From Neophaeotheca triangularis (taxonomy: Eukaryota), in the NCBI GenBank assembly GCA_054600435.1, contig BAAIJX010000072.1, forward strand, positions 1-64,000: DNA of 64,000 bases. Direction: 5' to 3'. Shown here piece after piece: positions 10,788 through 21,315 of this stretch. The notes below the pieces were generated by a model. That model saw only the letters and a list, made by a program, of their open reading frames with translations. It did not search any database and was not told the origin of the DNA. The position numbers were made by a program, and so were the translations under genes. Position 1 is the stretch's first letter; each line of letters starts with the position of its first letter.

Positions 10788-13572
10788 ATGTCGTCGGCTG
10801 CTAGCATCACCCCGAGGGATCCGCACGATGCCGCCACCGTCACTTCCCCCAGCAACGGCGTCGATGGGCCCAAAGACGAGGAGCACGAGTGGAGCGGCGA
10901 CGCTGGGGATGAATACCACGACGACGACGACAACGACGACGACGACAACGACAACTCCAATCTCAGAAGTGCATCCACTCACCAACAAGACGGCGACGCC
11001 GGCAACAGTACAGCCCGGAAACGGAAGAGGAGAGCTACGACCGGGGGCGACGACGGCGGTAGTACGTTGCAGATGTTGCATTTGAGAGACATGATATAGC
11101 TGCACCTCACTGACCAGTGCACCTACAGATTCAAGGCCGACGTCGACATCATGTGAGACGTGCAAGACGAGAAAGGTCAAATGTGACAGGCAGACTCCAT
11201 CTTGCGGTTGGTGCATGCGCAATGGTCAGGTCTGCACTTACGCCCCTCGCAAGAAACCTGGATTGAGGGCCGGGTACGGTAGGGAACTGGAAGCAAGACT
11301 GGGTGAGTACGAGAAGGTGGCGAAAGGATTGGATGGCACTGACTGGGATTGTTCCCCGTGCTTGACTGACATTTTCCACAGACAAGCTTGAAGGTGTTCT
11401 TCAAAATCAACAAAACGTCCTCCAGCAGTTGGCAAACGTTCTCCCAGCTCAGCAGGGTCAGGCAGCTCCGAATCAACACACCTCGCCGTCCCAGCATGTC
11501 CCACAAGCAGAGACTGCGCTATTTATGCAAACTCCAAACATGTATGCCGGGCAGCATACCTCCCAGAGGTTCAATGCCATCACGCCTCAGCTCCCTCGCG
11601 ACATGAGCCAGCAGCATAACCAGCATCACCAATCACAACAAACTCACCACCAGAATCACCCGTCCCAGCCGTCATTGCAGATGGCCCAGGCGGCCCCCGA
11701 CGATATCTACGCCGCCAACAATCCACCTTTAGCGTCTCCCAGTCTCAACATCCCAGGCGGAGTCAACAATGGAGCGGCTAATAACGGGGTATCTTTGCAG
11801 CCTGGCACCATCAACACCGTCTCACAAGACCAGGACTTCCCCCCTTATGATTTGCTCTACGCTCTGACCGATCTGTTCTTCAAGCACATCAATACATGGT
11901 GCCCAATCCTGCACAGGCGATCCACGCTCGATTCTCTCTTTGGTCCGACGGCGCTGGAAGAAGCTGACCGGATCTTGCTGCACGCCATTGTGGCAACGAC
12001 GCTACGGTTTTCCGCAGACCACAGGCTCGATGCGCAGTCGAGGGATCGCTATCATTCCATTTCAAAGCAGAAGGTGCTCCTGTATGGACTGGAGAACAGC
12101 TCAGTGAAAGCTTTGCAAGCTCTCGTGATACTAGCTCTCGACATTGTAGGAAATTCCAACGGACCACCTGGATGGAATCTACTCGCTTTGATCACTCGCA
12201 GCGTGGTCCAGCTTGGTCTGGCAGTCGAGACCACCTCGACAAGCGTTGCTCCAGTGTATCCTTCAATTTACACTCTACGAGCCATGGTATTGCCAGAATC
12301 CAGATCGTTCATTGAAGACGAAAGCAGACGCCGGCTCTTCTGGATGGTCTACTTACTAGACAGATACGCCACAGTCTCGACGGCTTTTGAGTTCGCACTT
12401 GACGAGAAGGAGATTGATCGCAAGCTTCCCTGTCATGACGAGCTGTTCACCCGAAACGAGCCCGTCGACACAAGATGGTTCCCTACACCCGAGAGAACCG
12501 ACTACTCCATGAACAAACCTGAGAACCTCGGCTCCTTTAGCTATTACATTGAAATCGTCGGAATTCTCTCGCAGATTCACCGCTTTCTCAAAAAACCTGT
12601 CGACATTGGCGCGCTTACTGATGTCGAGCAGTGGCAGCAGGAGTACCGCGAGTTGGACAGCAAGCTCAACGCTTGGAGATTCAGTTTGCCCGGCGAGTAT
12701 GGCAACATGTCCAGAGTTTTCACTTCAGCAGGCGCAAACAAGAATGTCAATAGCACGTGGATCATGCTGCATATGATGTATCATACGTGAGTGCGGTGCC
12801 GTCCAACTGCAGATACTAACTCGTAGCTAACTCCCACAGCACAACAATTCGCCTTCACTCTTCTGCTGCCTACCCTACCACACGATCGCCCATTTTCACA
12901 CCCTCATACAGTGCTAGCCAGCGCTGTCATACTGCCGTTGAAGACATCTGCGCCCTCTGCACCTTCGTCCGTAACAATGGCTTCATCACCAAACTCGGCC
13001 CACCCTTCGCCTTTAGTCTCTGGGTCGCCGCGCGCCTACTGCTCGTCCACGGCTCGACCATCGACCACCAAGTCAACCCAGCCATCCAGCCATTAGTCGA
13101 AACCCTCCGAGAAATCGGCGTCTACTGGAAAGTCGGCGAGCGCTACGCCACGCTCCTCCAACGCGTCATGGACGAATACCGCGAATCCGAGCGCGCACCC
13201 ATCGGCGCCAACGGCGAGCGCGTAACCCCTTCCACCGTCCGCATCCTCGCGGACATGCGCCGCTGCGCCTACGATCTCGACTTCCTCATCTCCCGCCAAC
13301 CCCGCCAGTTCTTCGGCGGCAAAACAAACACCGTCACCCCTGCCAGAACCCCGGCACCGAATGAACTCGAGTACCTAGATGTTTTCGACTTCTTCAACAT
13401 GCCTCGTTTACCTTATCCGGCGGGCGGTGATGCCATGGCCGGTGCGAGTGGGTTGGATAGCGAAGCTGCCGCGCAAGAGTACCCCAACCTTGAGGGAAAT
13501 GCGAATGAGTTTAACATCACGAATTTCATGTATGACGCGAATAGTGATTGGTTCATGAAGAATCCGAACTGA
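10788..13572 (+). CDS. rhaR: Zn(II)2Cys6 transcription factor with Fungal_trans domain, RhaR-like L-rhamnose regulator
   Basis: Exons 10788-11061, 11129-11302, 11382-12786, 12840-13572. Spliced CETCKTRKVKCDRQTPSCGWC.....CTYAPRKKPGLRAGYGRELEARL binuclear cluster and ESRRRLFWMVYLLDRY middle homology region. Adjacent and divergent to lraC, as in known fungal LRA clusters. Confidence 0.85.
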
Positions 13573-15083
13573 AGAGGGACGGAACGCGGAGACGAATCGT
13601 ATGATTTGCGAGGCTTTATCAATTGAGTGGACTCGATGTCTCGGGACTGGGTTCGACGAAGCCGCACTGCCCTATTGCAGCCATGATGGAGACCGAAAAA
13701 TCGATGATGTGATTGTTGATACTCACCGGTCGTCAGAGATGTCGGTGAGAGTCAACACAATGTACGAATAGCCAAAGAAAAAAAGAAATCAAAAGACAGA
13801 GCATATAAAGAAAGAAAGAAAGAAAGAAAATCTTGACTCCTCGCAATCATTGCCGACTCGACTCAACCTTTACTCCGTCGCACTCAAATCCCAGGCATTT
13901 ATGGCCCATCGACAGCGGTGCCCAAACATGTATACCGCTAACAGCTTGAAAGCAAGCATCTCCATTCCATCCAACCCCCGGGGGGCTCGACCATTTCCGC
14001 CAAATCACCAGACCCGGCCAACAAGAAATCCGCGCGTGTGCAGAGGAGCCGACGCGCTCCCTGGTACCTCACGAGCTCTTGGTCGCTAGAGAGGTAGAGT
14101 ATCCCCGTCCAAACGACCATCTCGCCCGAAGAGTCGATCGCGAGGGGCCCATCATCACGCGGGAGAGATTAAAAAAAAAAGACTCGACGAAGAGCAGCTT
14201 TCCTCGCGACTCGAGTCGCGACCACAAGTACGGGATTGGGGGACGTCCGGCTTCGGCTCTAGCGTGACGAGCGTGCGTGCGGAAGGCGGATTTGTCGCTG
14301 CTCGTGTTGTAGACGATGCGCTGAAGCCCCTTGCCTTGCCTCGAGGTGCCGCGCCGGTATCCCCACCGCTGGCTTTGATCTTGCATTCCCCCTCTAGGCC
14401 TACCTGGGAACGAATACAACACCCCCGACATCCCCTCCGCCGCGCACCTCTTTTGCTCTCGTCAAAACTCCCACCAACGATCTCTCAACGGGAAACCCAC
14501 CCTCTCCCCCCTCCTGATTAGAACCTCTACTGGCCTAACCCAGACAACCTATCAACAAACCAACAAACCCAACCATCTATCCTCTAGCATTCACCAAAGC
14601 GCGTAAATCAAGGCCACGCACGAAATCACAATAAGGTCCCCGAAACGAAGGAGAGAAAAAAAGGCGTTTGCAAAATTACAAAACAAAAAGCATTAGATCA
14701 TCAACCCCGGTTTAGTGATTTCCTCCTCCATGAGTTTTCTTCGTGTCAGTTTTCAGCTTCTTGGACAGTGGAAAGCGGGTCGAGTGGGAGAGTACGTTTT
14801 TTTCCCTTCTCGGCAGGGGGGGAAAGTGGTTGGATGGGCGCGAGGGTGTCGCTATTGAAAGAGAGTGCTGAGTAGGTGGGTAAGGTGGAGGGATGCTGGT
14901 TGGGGTCTCTTTTGACGCTAGGAGGGATCGCTCGGGTCTTTGGGGTAGCTGGACGTGGGGCGCGTGTTGGTGTGGTTGTCTTTACACTACTGTCGCGTTA
15001 TACGTAGGAGGTACGAGAAAGCTGGATGAACAACGGTTCTTGTTTTGGAGGACTTACGTTGACTCTGGGTTTGCTCGGTACTA

Positions 15084-15109
15084 CTCTCTCTCTCTCTCTC
15101 TTACACACA

Positions 15110-15157
<48 letters not shown>
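15084..15157. repeat. Compound (CT)n-(AC)n microsatellite
   Basis: CT run directly followed by a long AC run. Confidence 0.95.
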
Positions 15158-15160
<3 letters not shown>

Positions 15161-15272
15161 TACTGCACAGCACAGCACGTTTTATGCGTCGGCTGGAACT
15201 AGCGACCAAGTTTCTCCTAACAAGCTCTCCGCCACTGGAGTCAACAACGCCAATCTCGACACAAGACATTTT

Positions 15273-16811
15273 TCACGCCCCATCATAAGCCGTTCCCCCA
15301 ACACTCCTATCAAACTCCATCAACTCCCTCAACCCACAAACCTCAAACAACTTCTGCGGACCCCTATCCAACCCATCCTCCCCCTTGCCCGTCTCCCTCA
15401 ACCCAGCATAAGCCCTCTCCAACGCAGGCACAACCGCCTCCAACCCAAGCGTCGGCCAAATAGCAAGGGCAAACCCCATCCTCCCAGCCTCCTCGGCACT
15501 AACCACGGGCGTCTTGCCACCGGGAACCATATTCAGCAGCACGGGCGTCCCCGGCGGCAACCTCGCACAAACCTCAGCACACTCGCCCGCGTCCTGCAAA
15601 GCCTCCAAGAACACGGCGTCGACGCCGACGTCCTCGACAGCGGCTCGCAAGCGCTCCAGCGCCTCGGCCAAGCCGCCATTGCCTTGGGGGTCTCGGCCCG
15701 CGCGCGCGTCGGTGCGAGCAATGACGACGATCCGGTCGGCGGGGTTGGGGTTCTCGTCGCGTGCTTTGCAGGCGGCGCGCAGCCGGTTGTAGTAGGTTTG
15801 GCGCGGTACGAGTTGTTTGCCCGCCAGGTGGCCGCAGCGCTTGGATTGCTCTTGGTCTTCGATGTGCAGGGCTGCGATGCCGGCGCGCGCGTAGGAGCGC
15901 ACTGTGTGGGCTATGTTTATTGGGGCGCCGTAGCCGGTCTGGGAGTAGGGGAAGGAGGGGGTTAGATGGGGTTGAGAGACTTTTGGTTAGGGGGTTTTGC
16001 GGATTGGGGAGCTGGGTGCTGGGAGATGGAGAGCTCGGGTTTGCGGGATTTGGGGGAAGGGATGGCGGGGAGGTTGTGGTGAAAGACTTCGACTTGGACA
16101 GTAGGGTGGCGAGGCAGATAGATGCGTCCTAAACCCACAATCATCACCATAGTTCCCCTGCTCTGCCGCAAGGCCCCCGCCTAGTGTGAAGCAAGCAAAA
16201 ACAACCTTGTCTCTCCCACTCCCACTCAAACCCCTGAAACCCCTCCCTCCCCAACTCAATACCAACACCCACAGAAAAGAAGGAGAAAAAGAAAGGGAGG
16301 GTAACCCAAAAAAAAAAGCAAAAACTCACATCAGCATCAGCAACAACGGGCACACGCGGGTCAATCGAAGCAACCAGCGCGGCATTCTGCAACATATCAT
16401 TAAAAGTCGCGAGACCCAAATCCGCCATGCCAAGCCTCGACATGCTGGTGCCAGCGCCGGTCTAAAAAAATGCAAGAAAAGCATCGTCAGTAACCAAAAC
16501 CAAAATGAACACCCCACCCCCCCCCTCCCCCTCAAAGTCTTCTTTCACGTCACTCTTGCCGACAGCGCGGCTTGCCGCCGAGCCGGGGGGGTTTCTTTGA
16601 GAGAAGTGATCGGGCTTACCATGTACAAGCACTCGAAGCCTTGGGCCAGAGCCAGACGGGTGGTGATGCCATCGTAGACGCCCGGCGCGAGGATTGCTTT
16701 GGCGGTGGGAGGGGAAGTGCTGGCGGCGAGGAGTTGTCGTAGACGGCTGGCTGCTGTAGTAGGCTTGGGAGGAGAAGAAGAGGAAGAGGAGGAGGAGGAG
16801 GAGGATGTCAT
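15273..16811 (-). CDS. Isocitrate lyase/PEP-mutase superfamily C-C lyase (2,3-dimethylmalate lyase / PrpB / OAH-like class)
   Basis: Exons 16811-16620, 16461-16330, 15938-15273. The spliced protein has APGVYDG, YMTGAGT, ADADTGYG, HIEDQ, the KRCGHLAGK catalytic loop, IARTDA and LLNMV. Confidence 0.9.
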
Positions 16812-18306
16812 CTTGGATCGTTCTAGAGGGGGAGTGGGTGTCGTGGGGTTGAGACCGTCGTTGGCTGTTGGAGTGCTGAATGTTGAGTAATGACTTTTTT
16901 TAATGAGACGGGAGGGCGTGTACGGATGATTTCCGGGGTTTGCGGTTAGTTTTTGTGTATGTGATTCTGTGCACTAAGGAGAGGGGGGGGGGGTTTGGGA
17001 AGAAGGCGGGAATTATTATTGTCGTTTGATCTACATACTTTACAATTCAATGATGGGTTTTGTCTGATGACGAGGCGAACTAAAGATGGAGATAGGAGGT
17101 AACTCGGTCTCGCTTTTCAACTCTTCCGGTATGACGGTCGTACACATCTACGAAGCGCTGTAGAATTTCCAAGACAGACGTGTTGAATCTGCCTTGCCTT
17201 GCTTACAGTAAGTAAAGGTAAGGTAGGGTATCTGTCAAGATAATACATACGTCTGCGGGATATCATTGGACCTTTTGAAGCAGTACAAAGAGTGAGCGGC
17301 AAACACGAGTGAGTGGCAAACACGCCATGAAAGACCTAGTACAGTCGTTGCATCGCCAAGTTCAAGTTGGCGTGTACAGATGGATTACTACCATGTACAC
17401 ACAGTAGATCAACAAGTCTCAACAACAGCAAAGTAGTCAGATACCAACTACTTCCCACAAGCGGGCAACCCGCATAGCCACACGCCCCAAGTCCCAAGCG
17501 ATCCGGCGCTTAAAAATCCCCTCCCTCTACTTCCAGCCCGCTCGACCAGAATCGTCCCCGTCCGTCGCCCCTCTTGCCACCAAACCAAACCGGCTCCTGG
17601 CGACGCTTCACTCTAGTCAGCACGGTAACGGCCGAAGCCCTTTCCCCCTCCCAAAAAAGAAAAAAAAGAAAATCAAGAAAAGTCTCGGACTTGGGAGATT
17701 CATCGCGACAGCTAGTCGAAACCCGCCAAAATCCCCCCGAAACCCCTCTTTTTCCACTCACTCGAACCGAGCCCACAGCCTCACGCCACGCAGCTCGCAC
17801 GCCAACACGCGAACCAGGGGGTTCTGCCCGCCGAATGGTAAAGCAAGCGTAGCAAGCAGCGCAAGACTTCTTCCCGCGCGTGAATTCAGCCTCCTACCCG
17901 TCGAGGGGAGATGTATCCGAAGTGGGCGTCTTGGCCAGCTGGTCTCGGCCAGCTAGTCCCTTCGCACCGCCCCAACACGACCTCCCACACCCGCAAGAGC
18001 CAACACCGAAGCCGCCCAAACCAGCGCGACGACTCGTCCGTCCAGAATGCCGCGCGAGATCAAAGAGCCAAGCGTGCTTGCTTCCAGAGGACTCGAGTGG
18101 ACCGCGACATAGTCCGCTGATGAGAAGGTAGCTCAAATTGTCCAAAGCCGAGCCCCGAGCCGTCGTAGACGCGAGCCCAAGTCCCGGGTTGGGGTGGGGT
18201 GTAGCAACAACCGCGCGCGTTCCAAGCGGAAGGAGGGGGCAGTTGGAGGTCGGCGGGCTTCGGTTCGTGTCCGAAAGACGCACGCAAGCGGAGGCCAAAG
18301 AGCCCA

Positions 18307-18312
<6 letters not shown>

Positions 18313-18346
<34 letters not shown>
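18313..18346. repeat. (GTA)n trinucleotide microsatellite
   Basis: About 11 tandem GTA units in the 3' region of the minus-strand gene ending at 18477. Confidence 0.95.
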
Positions 18347-18476
18347 CAGGTTGCCATGGCAGGATCCAGAAAGAACAAAAGACGCGGGCCAAAGCCACGC
18401 ACTCGCGCCCACGCCGCGGGCGCGGCGAGAGATCGAAACCGCCCGGGCAAAGGTCCAGCATATCCATCCCATCCCA

Positions 18477-20890
18477 TCAAATAAGCACACTCCCCCCCCT
18501 ACCGCCAGCCTCCTCAACCCCAAACCCAAAAACCAACCGATACAAATCCCGCATCCAAGCCCACTGCTCCCCCCTCCCCAACCAACGCACACTCCTCGCA
18601 ACCTCGGCAGCGCCCAAACGCCTACTGGGCAGCTTCTGCACCGCCATCATACTCTTATCCGTGAGAATGAGTTTGCGGTAGAAATCCAAGACTTTCATCT
18701 GCCAGGGCAGCGTGCCGAAAGCTGTGCAAGGGAGCGTGGACACGTAGGTGGGGAGTTGTTGGGTGCTGCGGGTGAAGCCGGTGTCGAGGGCGGCTTTGAG
18801 GAGGAGGTAGCGGAGGCGGGCGAGGTGGGCGTCGTCGCTGCTGGCTGTGGCCGTCGAGGACGAGTGTTGGGATTTTTTGGAGTTGGAAGTGGAGGATTTT
18901 TGGGACGAGGAGGTTGTGCCGGCGGATTCCGAGTAGCCGCTTAGGATGGATGCGTTGGAGGACCAGCGGTCGTGGTGCGTCGGAGCGCGGTGGAGTGAGG
19001 TGTTGGACGAGTTTGTGGAGGCTGGGCCGAGCACGAGGATGTTGGGTACGTTGACCGAGTCCGGGGAAGAGGTGGCGGTTGTGGCGTCGTCGAAGATTGT
19101 CGTGGGGGTTTCTGGGGGCAGGCTGGGCGCGTCGTGGTATTGCCGGTTGCTTAGGGAGGAATTGCTGCGGGCGTTTTCGGACCGTACGGAGCCGCTGGTT
19201 GCGAGTGAGATTGCGTGTAGTGGGAAGCTCGTTTGGCTGGGCCGCGGCGTGCCTCTGTCAGGGCGGATCTGCGTCCAGCCTTCGCGGAAGAGATCGCAGA
19301 GTTCCCAGCATGCTTGCACGGCCGAGCCCAGGAGTTCTTCGTCGGCGGATTTGCCGTCGCGTGTGTTTTGGCGGATGTTGAAGAGCATTTCCGCCAGACT
19401 CCAGCAGGCTCGAAGTAGAGCGTCTGTTTCCTGGGGTAAGGATGTGCGTTGTTTCATCAAACGATGGCAGAGCGTAATGTAGAAGTCCAGGGTCCGCTCG
19501 TTGAAAGCCTCCGGTAGACTGCGATCGTGGGTATTGTAGAGGTGATTGTTCAGCTCGAAGCTGACTCGCAGAACGGAATCCGATGCTTCATCATTCTTCT
19601 GTCGCGCTTCAAACAGACACTGGCAAAAGTCACGGCAGAGCTCGAGAGTCGGCAAGACTTGGGAAGCGTGGTCCTCATCTCGTGAGTCGTAAAGTTGCTG
19701 GCAAAGTCTCCAACAACTCCTCCACGCCTGCTCTTGCACCTCTTGCTTTCCCGCAAACTTGAACGTCCTCTGTCGATGTGAAGAGCTGAGTCCGGCTAAT
19801 GTGTTGCAAAGAGTCCAACATTCACTGAGCGCTGTTCGCAGAGCTGCAACTTCCATTTCTGCGTTGGTCAGCGCTTCCATGGTCTGCACTAGAGTACCAT
19901 CAGAGACCAAGCCAGCTGTACTCGGTTGACCGTCATCGTCATCGTCTTGTCCCACGCTCTCCGGAATGTCTACTAAACATTAGAAGCGCTCGAGATGTGA
20001 GAACGAAGGATACGTACCTTCAAGACTGGAAGAGTGCCGGCTCTTGCGCTTGTACTCTTCTTCCAGCTCCTGCCGGGTCTGCGCACGGGGTGTCGATCTA
20101 TCTGCGATTGCAGGCACATCCGTGTCAACGGGTGCGACAGTCGTGAGTTTCTGGAATACCAATCAGTATCACTCGCGTACCACCCAGAGTTCATGCGTCT
20201 GACCTTATCATCCGGGCTCAGAGCCGCTTCAGGTGTAGTCGGCGAGGCGACGGTGTTTGACGATTCAGTCGCAGACGAGTCCTTCTCCGGTTCATCATGA
20301 GCCCCCTCAAACGTCTTGAAACCCGAAGGCGCGTGGATGACCGAGTTTGGCGCATCGTCGGAAGAATCGGTACGCGGTCTATTTGGAAATTGAGTGTCGA
20401 TTTTGGCGACACTCTTGCTCTAGTCTCAATCAGCATAGATCCACGCAACCTCTGACAATACCGTGTGTACTGTTCTTTCACCTACGCTGGATGCGCTCTG
20501 CGGGCTTATAATCTCCATGTCCGGCGACCTCACCTCTGAAGGCGATTCTGCCTCTGCCTCTGCCCCCTCATTCTCTTGCGGCGCATTCTCGATATCGGTA
20601 TTCTCGGTCCCGTTGGAGTTGTTGGAATCGACCGGCGAGGGTTCGATCTGCTGGGGATAAGGACTTGCTGGAGGCGCGAGTGAGTCTGAGGGCCCGGAGG
20701 ATCTGGAGGAAAGAACTCGTCAATTCGTTCATTCTGCCGCTCAGCCGTATGGATCTACCTACCTGTTGGATTGGGTGTGAAAGTCATGCGCGAAAGGGGC
20801 GGGGGAATTGGGGGAGTCTGTGTAGGGCGAAAAGGCGGAAGACATGGCGGCACCGGTTGGCGAGGGCATGAGAGGACTCTTCAAGGCCAT
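18477..20890 (-). CDS. Conserved Pezizomycotina hypothetical protein (helical, Cys/Trp-rich core)
   Basis: Exons 20890-20763, 20702-20204, 20150-20018, 19969-18477; all splice phases keep the frame. Core ALRTALSECWTLCNTLA.LS, QAWRSCWRLCQ.LY, ELLGSAVQACWELCDLFREGWTQIRPDRGTPRP. The start could alternatively be the ATG at 20869. Confidence 0.8.
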
Positions 20891-21285
20891 GCTAAGAGAC
20901 TTGCGGGGGAGTTGCGGTGGAAAACAAGGAGTCAGGCAGTGTGTGCTACTGCAATGCAGCGGTTCTATTGAGGATGCTACCGTGAGCTGAGAGTCGCCCT
21001 GCGGCACAGCAGGTAGTCGAACTCCGGACGGGAACTGGGCGTGAAGGTAGCAGGCAGCACTTCTACAATCGGTACAAAGGCGAGACAACGGGACAGAAAA
21101 TTGCGCACCAGGCGGGAGAAGATGGGAGGTGTAGAGGCTTACGGTCGCTCTGGAAGAAGTAGAATTAGAGTAGGGTCGGTCAGCTAAGTATGTAGAACAA
21201 GGTACTCTCAATCAGCTCGACGCGAAAGCTATGGCCCCCGGCGCATACAGAAAGGTACTGTAGACTAAGGTAGGTGTAGTATAAT

Positions 21286-21315
21286 AGACGAGACGAGACG
21301 AGACGAGACGAGACG
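21286..21315. repeat. (AGACG)6 pentanucleotide repeat
   Basis: Six perfect tandem copies in the promoter region. Confidence 0.95.
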
